DNA from: Geosiphon pyriformis uo1
Lineage: Eukaryota; Fungi; Glomeromycota
Length of the DNA: 64,000 bases
Assembly (NCBI GenBank): GCA_016748015.1
Contig: JAAOMT010000706.1
Coordinates: 536,850 to 600,849 of the forward strand
Reading direction: 5' to 3'
Each line of letters begins with the position of its first letter. The stretch's first letter is position 1. The position numbers were made by a program, and so were the translations under genes. Under the pieces are notes generated by a model. That model saw only the letters and a program-made list of their open reading frames with translations, was not told the DNA's origin and did not search any database. Of this stretch, positions 39,635-50,904 are shown in pieces.

Positions 39635-40283
39635 GACAGGAAATATCAGAAAAATAGAAATTACAGACAACATTCACTCACTAGCACAACAACTCTTTCA
39701 ATTAATCCAACACCAGGAAATGGAGATTACAATCAATCAACAAACCATTAGATATCAAGATACTAGAAAAACATTTCAACTCAGAACACAGAAGAAAACT
39801 GAAAATACTGTGGACAAAATCATGGCGAAAGTAAAATTAGCAATAAAAAAATTGACAAAAGAGTCACTATACTAAGAGTTGACTAAAGAAACTTGGAATT
39901 GGTAGATACAACAATTTCCACAAAACTATTGTTATTTTTACTTGGGACAACATGTAAATATCCAGAATCTATATACGGATAAAACAAAGTGATTATTTGA
40001 CAAAAGAATACTACAACAATTAGAACATTTTGTGGGAAAGAACAACTTATTCACACAAGCCTGAGCCATATACCGAATACACACAGCATTTCAGGATAAA
40101 CCAGAAATATTGCTCAACAGAGCAATGGATATGGTGACTAGTAATCAATTGGGAAAAATTACCAATGCTCAATTTGAAGAATTACAGACCCAAATAACAC
40201 AAGTAATTCTTGAAAATGAAATCCAGGAAATACTTCAAGAGAGAGAATTACATGAGTTAGATTTCGACGGAGCTCAATATTAA
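39635..40283 (+). pseudogene. Element B accessory ORF after integrase (5' part at 30874-30920, split by element C)
   Basis: Rejoins as YKDIVDA-TGNIRK; FPQNYCYFYLGQHVNIQNLY...GKITNAQFEELQ...DFDGAQY is homologous to element C ORF 31788-32228. Confidence 0.8.
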
Positions 40284-40297
40284 AAAGGAGGGAATAA

Positions 40298-40926
40298 TGT
40301 TACTTATAGAAATATAAGAAATATATTAGCATAATTATTAGTCAATCAGAAGTAAGTGTAGTAAATGTGGAATTCCAGGATTCCTCTTAAGAATTGCAGA
40401 ATTCCAGGAATTTCAGGATTCCCAATGAGGAATTGCAGAATTCTAGAATTCCAGGATTCCTCTCAAAGGAATTGCAGGATTCCAGAAATTCTAGGATTCC
40501 TGTCATGAAGAATCGAGGAATTGAGAAATCTCAATTATGTATATATAGCAATAGTGTTAGAAACAGAAAAGACAGAATCGATACCACAGAATCCTTAGCC
40601 AAAAAACCAATCATCAAATAAATAATTATTCCATATTGCAATTCACTATTCACTATCAACACTTTATGTTGATAATAATTGCTACTTAACCATGCTGGAA
40701 CAATAGCTCTTGATTATGGCTATTAACAGGATACTAACTTATAAACATCTTGGCTTAATTTTCTTTATCTTCTCTTTATTTTTTTATTTTTATTTTTTTG
40801 TTTTGTTTACTAATTGATTAAGAATTAAGTGCTGAATTATTGACATCAAGAATTGCCTGGTAAAAAACCCCTGCAAGTGAGTAAAACACATAAAAAATTA
40901 TGGATTATTTACCAGAAGATTGCCAG
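40298..40926 (+). repeat. Element B 3' LTR, first partial/chimeric copy
   Basis: Starts tgttacttata after the PPT; diverges from the B LTR after about 40737; ends at gccag. Confidence 0.8.
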
Positions 40927-41820
40927 TGTTACTCATAGAAATATTGGGAATATATATTAGCATAGTTATTAGCCAATCAGAAGTAGACGTTGTAAAATGT
41001 GGAATTCCAGGATTCCTCTCAGGAATTGCAGAATTCCAGGAATTTCAGGATTCCCAATGAGGAATTGCAGAATTCTAGAATTCCAGGATTCCTCTCAAAG
41101 GAATTGCAGGATTCCAGAAATTCTAGGATTCCTGTCATGAAGAATCGAGGAATTGAGAAATCTCAATTATGTATATATAGCAATAGTGTTAGAAACAGAA
41201 AAGACAGAATCGATACCACAGAATCCTTAGCCAAAAAACCAATCATCAAATAAATAATTATTCCATATTGCAATTCACTATTCACTATCAACACTTTATG
41301 TTGATAATAATTGCTACTTAACCATGCTGGAACAATAGCTCTTGATCATGGCTATTAATGAGATACTAATGGACCAAATTGTCTTGGCTTATTTTCTTTA
41401 TTTTTTTATTTTTATTTTTTTTATTTTATTTCCTTTCTTTCTTTGATTTTGTTGTTGTATACTAATTGATTAAAAGATTAAGCACTGAGTTATTGACATC
41501 AAGAATAGCCTGGTAAAAGACCTAAAAATAAGGGTAGGATTTTATATATATTATCAGATAGCTTACCAGAAAGGCACGACTGCCAGACTAAATCTGGCCA
41601 CCACATTAAAAAAGAAATTGGGAAAACCACTTGAGGATACAACCACTATCAACCTTATTGAATCTCTGTTCATTATACAAAGAACTCCATAACAAAACCT
41701 TCAGATCAACCAAAACCTTCAGATATCATACCTTCTACACATCATCCACAAAAGTAGTTTTTGAACACCAAGTTATGGATTTGTTATTCAATTTCACAAC
41801 AGAAATAATCATCTGTAACA
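40927..41820 (+). repeat. Element B 3' LTR, second full-length copy
   Basis: tgttactcata...atctgtaaca; variant first 70 bp, B-type remainder. Confidence 0.85.
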
Positions 41821-42151
41821 ATGTCAGAAAAAGGCCAACAAGTAATCTTTTATCCTAAAATGTTCGGATACTTAAAGGTAAGGAAAAGAAAATTAGTGAT
41901 AAGAGAGTAATTGAGATGAAAGTTGTTATTTTTATTTATTTGATTCTTGTCTGAGAGATGATTTTCTACAGCTAAGAAACTCATCACTTATATAGCTATT
42001 GAAAGTGGTCAACGACCAAGTCAATAATCAGGTCAATGGTCAGGTCATTGATCAGGTCAATAATCACTATCTAAAAATAGAGTGGCAAATTATGACATCA
42101 GTGGCTAATACATGTAATAACTAATAAAAATTATGGGTTTCAACTGTAACA
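41821..42151 (-). repeat. Element A 5' LTR, right piece
   Basis: aaaaggccaacaagtaatcttttatcct...caactgtaaca matches about 15233-15605. Confidence 0.92.
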
Positions 42152-42155
42152 ATAT

Positions 42156-42999
42156 GATTTCTCAGATTGGTGGTCAAACATGTTTCATCTTTTGTTCTTC
42201 TGATTCTGGTTATCATTTCCAGTTTGCTTTGGTTACATTTGACTCTCAAGGCGATTTGGATTCTGCTGTAATCAAGACTGGTATTCTAAGAAAATGCTGT
42301 ATCTGGTGGGAAACTCCTGGCTGCCGGCACTGCTTTAGGTGTCAAGAAATGAGCCATCTGGCTGTGAATTGCAAAATTTTCTCACCTTCTACTCCCAAGA
42401 TTTCCAAGATTTTCAAGTCTCATTTTGTGGGTTCTGCTTCATATGCTGAGACTGCTGCTTCTTCTGGTCTTTCTGAGTTTCCTTCTTTAGTGGCTCTTTC
42501 GGCGCCTTCTGCTGCTGATCCTGCTGTTGGTTCCAGATTGAACTCTTTGGAAAAGCAGATTTCGGATTTGGCTGCTCTGGTTAAGTCTATTGTTGAGTCT
42601 GTTGGTTCTTTGGTTGCTTTGATGTCTTGTCTTCTTAATGATAATGCTGTTAAAGCTGTTCAGGTCGAGAAAGATATCATTTCTATGAAGAGTGCTGCTA
42701 ACAATTTTGCTAATCTTATGGTTGGAGTTTCTAAGAATATTGCTTGTCTTAGATCTGAAATTGACTTTGGTGGTATGGATTATGATGGTGTACTGGCTGC
42801 TAAGCCCTTCTTTTTAAGTGAGGACACTGTTGAGTGTGTTATTGCTTTGTGGCGGATGTCTGGTGCTAAAACCAGGAGCAATATTGAATTTACTAGATTG
42901 TTTCTTAGTAAGTTTATTTTTGACTCTAGGAATCTGAATGGTATCATTGAGATAATTTGTGGGTTGGGGTTATTCTCACCTACTTTTGATTCAGCATAG
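42156..42999 (+). pseudogene. LINE ORF1-like protein, 3' part (RRM end, CCHC zinc knuckle, coiled coil)
   Basis: FALVTFDSQGDLDSA; CFRCQEMSHLAVNC knuckle; heptad RLNSLEKQISDLAALVKSIV; stop 42997-42999; no RT follows before poly(A). Confidence 0.8.
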
Positions 43000-45219
43000 T
43001 GTGTTCTTAATTGGGTTAAGTGTCTGATCACATGTAGAAAATACATGATTTACGCCTATAATGTAATCCCTTTTGTGGTATTATAGTTTTAAGTTGTATT
43101 TGGGTCTCGCTTATTAAATAATATAAAAAAAAAAAAAACTGCTAAAATAAAATAATTAATTTGGTATTTAAGCTAAATTTTTTGTCTTTGTTTGCTTTTT
43201 GGTTGTTTTTTTTTTGGATTTTAGATTTGATTTAGTTTTTTAAATAATATTTTTTTTTATTTTTTTTAATAAAATTAATGGTTTTTTTAAAACTTTGGTA
43301 TATTTAACATTTTTGTTTTGAAATTAAGTAGTTTAAAAACCAAAATAATTAAGCTTATAAACTTTTTTAACATTGTTTTATTAAGATTAAATGTTTTATG
43401 TATTAATAATAATATTTATATTTCTTTTTTTAATAACTGATTTAATTTAAAAAATTATTATATATAATATTAAAAATATAAACAATTATATAAAACAAAA
43501 AAATATTTTTAAATAACATAAAACTTTGAAGAATATAATTTTAATAATAACAAAAACTAATTTAAAAAATAAATTTAAATTATTTAAATTCTAAAATTAT
43601 AGTTATTGTTATTATTATTATTATTACTAAATATATAAATAAAATTTTATAATAACTAGTCAACTTTTATTAATCTGTTTATTATTTAGAATTTAGTTTT
43701 TAGTTATGATTTTAGAATTATATATTAAGATTTTTTTTAAAAAAAATTAACTTAAATACATAATATAAATTTTATAATAGCTAAAATTTTAAATTTAAAG
43801 TTAATTAAAAAAATTTTATTGTAAAAAATTAAATCAAAAAACATATAATACTTAACAAAAATTTTTAATAATAAAAACCATATAGTTTTTTTATTTATGT
43901 AAATTTTAAAGTTTTTGATAATATTATAATAAAAAATAATTTAAATAAATTTATGACTATAATTAATTGTTTTTTAAGCAAAAAACTGTAAACATATTTT
44001 TGTATTTTTAATAAAATATGAAAAAATTACAATAAATTTGTTTTAAGTTTGTTATTAAAGTTATTAAATATATGTTTATTAATAAACAAAGTTTTTAATA
44101 TTTAGTATAAAGCTTAAATATTGATAATTTTTAAGCAATACAAATAAGATGTTTTAATTAAAATTACAAAAAAATTCTTTTAAAGATTTTATTTAACTAT
44201 ATTTTTGATATTTATAATAAATTAAATTTTTTGTGTAAAAACAATTTTTTAGTTCTAAAAAATATTTTAAATCAATTGTTTGTTTTTGTAGTTAAATCTA
44301 TAATCAAAAATATTTAAAAAAAAACAAAAAAATTTGATTAATATTACAAAATATGTACAAAGCATATAATTTGTAAATTAACTGTATTTAATAAACAGTT
44401 TATACAAAATTAATATATAATAAATTTTTAATTTCTTTAAATATTTGTATAAATAACTATATTAACAAAATTATAATAAATTTTAGTTTATTTATAAGTT
44501 ATACAGGTTATAATAATTTAAAATATGATTTTTTTTTAAAAAAAATTTTATAATTTATTTTTGTATAAGATAAAAAAACATAAAAACATGTTTAAATATT
44601 AAGTAGACTTTAGATTTGTAATAAAAAACTGGTAGAATTAAATTAAAGACAAATTTATATTTATATTTAACTAAAAATATTTTTGTAAATAACATAATTT
44701 AAATTAAAAATAATTATACAGTAATACAAAACATTTTGAATATTTTTAGTAAATTTTTTAAAATTAATAATATCATTATAATATAAAAAAAATAATAGCT
44801 ATACTAATTAATCTTAAAATTAAAAATATTAACTTAAGTATTAATGGTTTTTGTATTTTAATTGTTAAAATAAATAAATTTAATTACTATTTAAGCATAT
44901 TTTTATCAATGAAAAAATTTTTTAATTTTAATTTAAAGACTTATTTATATGTAAAAATTTTTATTAATATAATTTTACAGAAAAATTGTTTTTAATAAAA
45001 CAGTTTTTGTACTTGGTTTAACAATTATACAGTTATAAAACTCAATTTAATTTGTTTTTAAGAATATTTGCAAAAAATAAAATTGTTTAATTAGAAAAGT
45101 TTAAAGTTTAAAACTAATTTATTTAAAAAAATTTTATTTAAGATTATTTATTATTATTATTATATAACTTAAAGTCTTTTAAACAAATTTAAGCTAAAAA
45201 AAAGTAACTTAAATCATAA

Positions 45220-45330
45220 TTTTTTTTATTAATTAACGAGTAAAGCTTAACTGCTATCTAGTACATAGAACCAGACTAAGTAACTCAAACTAAATACGGC
45301 TTACACTCTTACTACATGTGGCTAGCCACC
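45220..45330 (-). mobile_element. Standalone about 105-bp poly(A)-tailed retroposon (SINE-like) sharing the LINE tail motif
   Basis: Minus strand ggtggctagccacatgtag...A8; TSD cataatttt at 45215-45223 and 45330-45338. Confidence 0.7.
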
Positions 45331-46559
45331 ATAATTTTGTCGAAAATTCTTGGCTGGTTTTTTAAATACAAATAATTGAGTTTACAAATTTTATATTAAA
45401 TATACTAAAAATAATAATTAATTTCTTAAATAATTTTTTTGTAAATATTATAAATATTTTTTTGGATTGTAATATAAATTTGGATAATAATAAGTTAAAT
45501 ATATTTTTATTTTAAAATAATTATAATAAATATATTAAAACATTTAAAGTATTTTAGAATTATTAAATTTCTTAAGCATTTTGAAATTGGTTTTGCTAAT
45601 TAATTTTTAAATAGTCATAATATTTGCTTTATATAAAAAAATTTCTGTTATTAAAAGCACTTGAATTTAATAAATGTGGTGTTTTTTTTGGTTTTTACAT
45701 ATATTAAGTTTTATTTTGGATGATAATTCTGTTAAATCTTAGTTATTTTTATCAAAAAATTTATTTAAACAGAATATACAAAGTTTAAGTAATTATAATA
45801 TTATATTTTTAAGTTTTAAAAAGACTTGTTTACTTAAAATTTTAATATTTATTGATAGTTTAATTAAAAATATTGGTTTTTTAGTGTTATAAAAAGAACT
45901 ATAACTTATTTTTTAGATTTAAATTTAAGTATTAATATAAAAGTTCATAATTTATTATTATTTACTTTGGCTGAATTATAGATTATAATATGAGCTTTTG
46001 AATATATTTTAATATTAAGCTAAATAATTATTAGTTCAAATAATTAGCTATTTTTGAATTTAATTACTTTTAATTTTTACAATAATTATTAATTAAATAT
46101 TAATATATATATAAAAAGTCAAATAACAAAAATATTTTTGTTAAATATTTAAAATTAAGAAGCATTTTGGTATTTTAAACAACAAATATACTAATGTTAA
46201 CAAATAAAGTAATTTTTTAAATTTAGTGTTTTTAGTTAGCATAAAAAAATATTTAGTAGCAAAGTTATTTTAAATAATAAAATTAGATATATTAATTCAT
46301 AAAAAATATTAATTAGTACTGTGTTTTTATATGATTTTTTAATTAATTAACAAAATTATAACTAGTTTATACATAAATAATTGTTAATAATAATAATAAG
46401 ACAATTGTGCAGTATAATCTATTTAAGTGTTTTATGTATTTAATATAGTTAAATAAATATTTTAGATTATAGTTTTATATGTAATAAAAATTTTTTTACT
46501 TATAAATATCTATTAAATAAGTATTATTTTTTTTAAAAAATTCAAATTCAAAGCTAATA

Positions 46560-49500
46560 TACATAGAATATTTTGAATGTTCTAATAAGATATATAATAA
46601 AAAATAATTTCCAATTAAAATTAAAAAGTATTAACTTTATTTTTATTTATAAAATGAGTATCATAAAACTATATGTAATTAAAAAGTTCATATTGCAGTT
46701 CCTTATAACAAGTTACTCAATTTATGTAATATTGAGTGTTATAGAAATCATAATCTTAATCACATCTGAAAAAAACCACACTGAATGACCAATTTAATTA
46801 GAAAAACCATCTCAAATAAAATTAAAAATACATTATCTTTAATGATTGCAACTGGTAAGTTTAAGTATAAATTTGTAAAAGTAATTGAATTTTATTAATA
46901 TTAATTATTTTTAGAATTAATAAATAATGCGAAGATTTTGAGCACAAATAATAGATTTGCAAATCAAGTTCAACCAATTTCTGCTCAATTTGCACCTAAT
47001 CTTGAGACAATTCAAAATGCTGTCAAGTATGATAAAAAGTTACATTATCCAAGTGTGTTAGAATTTGAAAAAGTAAAAAATTGGTCACATTCACTTTATT
47101 AATAGGTTTGTTTTCTAATGGATACTTATAAGGCTGAAAGTGTTGTCATATCAAAACAATATGGAATTAAGGATGCAAAAAATTCTAAGGATCAAGCTGT
47201 ACTTCTTGGTGTTGCATCTACAGTCATGTCAAAGCTATTATACAAATATCCAAATTTTTTGTCTCTAGCCGTCACAATAGCTTAAAATTCTCCAATACTA
47301 TCTTTATGGTTAAATCAGATGAACCATGTGGTCGAGTTTTAGCAATATTTATAAGTAATAAAAAAACAATACCAGTTATTGATTTAATTTTCGAGCAGGT
47401 AAGTTGTATAATAGTTTTTGTTCGATTGAAATTTTCAATTTATAAATTGTACAATAATTCTTTATATTAAAAGTTTATTGAATATAGTTGTAAGAGCAAT
47501 ATTCACTCAAATCCCAAGTGGTTAGCTATAAATAAATAGAATTCTTATTTAGTAACAGCCAAGAAACATTTTCCAAAAACTCAAGTAGTCTTGTGTAATT
47601 GGCATGAAGGTGAGCTTTTTTAGATTTATTGGGTTTTATATTTTAATCTTATAATATTATCATTTTGTAGCTGATGCACTCAAAAAATGGTTTGCAAAAA
47701 ACTTGAATGATCAATGGCTTAGAGATCAGACATTTTACCAATTTCGATTTGTCAAATGATTTTGAGATCAAGAATTCAATCAACGGAAACTTACTTTTTT
47801 AAACTCGCAAAAATTCCAAGCTGCTATTGAGATTAGAAATTTAGCTATTGTGAAAGCTATTACGACCTATTTTCAATTACATTGATTCAGCCAATGGATC
47901 GGTTAGTAAAAATAATTTGATTTTATAACTTATATTTCATATTAATACCATAATATTCTAGATACTTGGCCAGATTATAAGCATATTGATTGTTCTATGA
48001 AAACAAATATGTTATTAGAGAGTTATTTTAAAAAGAATATGATACTACATTATTGGGGAAGATACACCAAATCTTTACACTCAAATCTTGAAAAAATTAC
48101 TACGTCAATGCGTGTTGATGCCAAAGAAATGGAAAGGTAAAACACAAGAAATTTTGTAAAAACTATATTAAGTTCTTTTTTAAAAGGTTTTGGCAAGGAG
48201 AAAGCAAAAATCTAACAAAATCAAAGTTAGAATGAGAAAAAGAAAAAATAAATCAACAAGGAGAACTGTTATATAAAAAAAATTTGGTATAAGGTAAATA
48301 ATCATTATGTGTAATCTTTTCTCTTAAAAACAATTTATCATTCATATTGCTTTTAGAAATTGATCAGTGTACCTAGAGTGTTATCCGGTTTGCTAGCATG
48401 AATGTTACTTTTCAACACGCTAATAGTGAGCTAAGAGATGATTCCAATAAAGAAAACTTCGAGAATTTAGAATCAGAGATTCCTGAAGCAATTGATAAAG
48501 ATTCCATTGAACAATGGATAAAAACATTATATGTTACATGTAAAAATGGAAAGTTTGCTTGTCCATGCAGTTTTAATTTCATTCGAGATCATGACTGTCA
48601 GGATATTGTAGCTGTTCGTCTATTCATTAAAGAATCTAAGATAGAGAGGTAAAGCTTCTATTACTTTTACTTTTAGTGAATCTATGTTTCAAAAGTAAAT
48701 ATCTTGTTAGTTTATTTAATTTCTTTTAATAATAATATTGATATATCATTTTCTCTTACAGATATAAATTGCAAAAGTTAATATATATTTTTATTTTATA
48801 TAGTCTATATAATAATCTGTCTTTCCTATGTAAGTCTGCTGCTGAATTATCTACAACCAGTTCTCTCAAGTCTTATCTTTGTCAGAGGGATGCTAATGGC
48901 CATACTGAAAACGAGCTTAGATTACTCCAAAAGAAAGATCCTAAAAATAACAGGAAAACCCGATTAATACCACAAGAATCCATTCAGCTTCAGGATACAG
49001 TTTTAGACAGACCTTATTACAAAGCACAGATCGCTGAGATTAATTTTTTAAGATGGTAATACTAAGCAATACACGCTTCAATTAGCTGATATTATTAGAT
49101 ATGCTAATGAGCCATTAAAAAAAATCGAAGATAATATGACTGCTTTTTTTATGATCTTTTTTCTCCAATAATAAATTTATAACTTAATAATTGAAGAAGC
49201 AAATTGTCTCTATGCAGTCAGCTCTGGTAGACAAAGACTTTTATGACAATTCGATTGTTCCTACGATGCCATATGGTGGAAATTAAGGATTGCGCTTGAT
49301 TTGTCCAGTGGATAACCTTAATTCAAAGCGCCTTCAACAACCAAAATATCTATAAACAAGCCGTTTCTTTTGCTGAAATTGAACCAACTTCGCAAACAAA
49401 TCATCTTTGAGCTCATGAAACAGAAACAATGGATTGAAGCCAAGATTCTTTGGATTGCGAATTTACCGCCATACGGGAAGTTAATAAAAGAAGAACAGTT

Positions 49501-50756
49501 GGATTTATTCGAAGGGCTTTCGGAACAATTTTTTGAACAGTTTTTTCATGACTCCTTGGACCAGAATCTTCTTGTTGTCAAAATTACAATAATGACCATG
49601 TGCAGCTCTGACTACTGCCCAAAGAAAGTCTTATTCCCAGTGAATTGCTTCGATATTACCCTAATGTAAGTTCATTATATATCTTTTATTTTACGTGACA
49701 TTTTTCCTTATTTTTTTTCATTTTGCTACAGTCGATATATTTATATTAATGAACATAATTTAATTTGTAGATAACCGCAGGTTCTGGTATTATCAGAAAA
49801 TGATTATTTTGAATCTTGTCTTGAACACTGGCAAAATCCTTATGTTATTGCATGCAAATTAGAATTCAAATCGACAAACGGAGAGGCTCTAAAAAACATT
49901 CCTACAAATGCTTATATAACTGAAAAATGCATATCATTGGAGACTGGAAAGCTTGAGTAAAGTGTCTATATTTTTTCCTCTATTTTCACTTTGCATTCTA
50001 ACCTTTTCTTAGGTATTTTTACCGATGCACAGGTGATACCGTATCAAAAAGACAAATCGACCAACGACTGCCTCTAATCTTTGTCATCAATGGTACGGAA
50101 ATTAGCACTATTAATGAAAAGACGTCTCTTCAGAACAAAGATTTACTGGAAGAAATCAATTTTCCTAAAGGAAATCAAATTACAAAACAAAGGTAAATTT
50201 GAATTAAGTTTATCCCTTACTGTATTTATTTATTAATTTTTAATATAGATATCGCCTCATGGGAGTTTCTTTTTGCAATGGCATCCATCATATTGCTGAT
50301 GTTTGTTTCGAAAATATTAAAAATTCTGGCTGGTATCAATACGATGGGTTGCAAAAAACCTACAAAGCAAGGGCAATGACAATTGGAAGTTCGCGTCCTC
50401 CTCCCAAAAGTGTTTATACAATAGATTTTGTCATCTATGAAAAGATTTAAGTTTTTTGCAATAAAAACTGATCGTTATATGTAATAAAGAAGGATCTCTA
50501 TTTTTAAGCTTACCTGTTTCAATAATAACAGTAATACTTGTTTGAATTTTCCATTCAAAGTACTTTCAATTGGGACTGCCCTCAAAAGGTGCCGTTGCTC
50601 TTATTAAATGTCTATTTATCGCAGATTTCACTTGATACAATCACGGGGTTTACAGGTTTTTACCCTATCACAGGTTTTACCCAATCTATCACAGGTTTTA
50701 CATTACATGACTGATTATCGCAGGTTTTACTATTTGTTATATCAGATTTCACCCTG
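46560..50756 (+). mobile_element. Degenerate intron-containing Mutator-like element (MULE DDE, SWIM, C-terminal USP-like protease domain); left end not located
   Basis: GRHNSLKFSNTIFMV (D1 region), WLAINK (D2), VVLCNWHE (CxxH), FACPCSF...DCQDIVAV (SWIM-like); subterminal tatcrcaggttttac repeats 50607-50756 ending ccctg. Confidence 0.75.
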
Positions 50757-50904
50757 TCGTATTATAATTAAGACCATATCATATTTTTTTCATCAAGTAA
50801 TTGAATTTATTGAATCAAATATAGGCAATGACATGATGAAGAAACCAAGACATAGAAATCTCTTTCTATTATGAGTTTAGTGTTAGAGGGAAAAAGAAAA
50901 AGCC

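Larger units (their letters stand above)
22277..41820 (+). mobile_element. Ty3/Gypsy LTR retrotransposon B with dUTPase; own sequence 22277-30920 and 39631-41820
   Basis: TG..CA termini; TSD acat (22273-22276) / atgt (41821-41824), both derivable from ACGT; PBS at 23170; PPT aaaaaggagggaataa 40282-40297. Confidence 0.92.
14890..42151 (-). mobile_element. Ty3/Gypsy LTR retrotransposon A (no dUTPase); own sequence 14890-22276 and 41821-42151
   Basis: TG..CA termini; TSD atat at 14886-14889 and 42152-42155; domain order gag-PR-RT-RH-IN on minus strand. Confidence 0.93.
13582..43138 (+). mobile_element. Non-LTR retroposon encoding only an ORF1-like protein (about 2.3 kb when the nested LTR elements are removed)
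   Basis: TSD aaaactgctaaaa at 13569-13581 and 43135-43147; poly(A) 43125-43138; ORF halves rejoin in frame (…EISD-MISQIGG…) after removing 14890-42155. Confidence 0.85.

Noticed and set aside
40394-41858. Short ORFs within LTRs (MQNSRNF..., MRIQPLST...) and antisense ORFs over gag/pol
   Set aside because: By-products of repeats and strand bias; no motifs
12551-43680. taatctgttt at 12551 and 43671 as the TSD of the old minus-strand LINE
   Set aside because: AT-rich 10-mer; intervening DNA is too decayed and its strand bias is inconsistent
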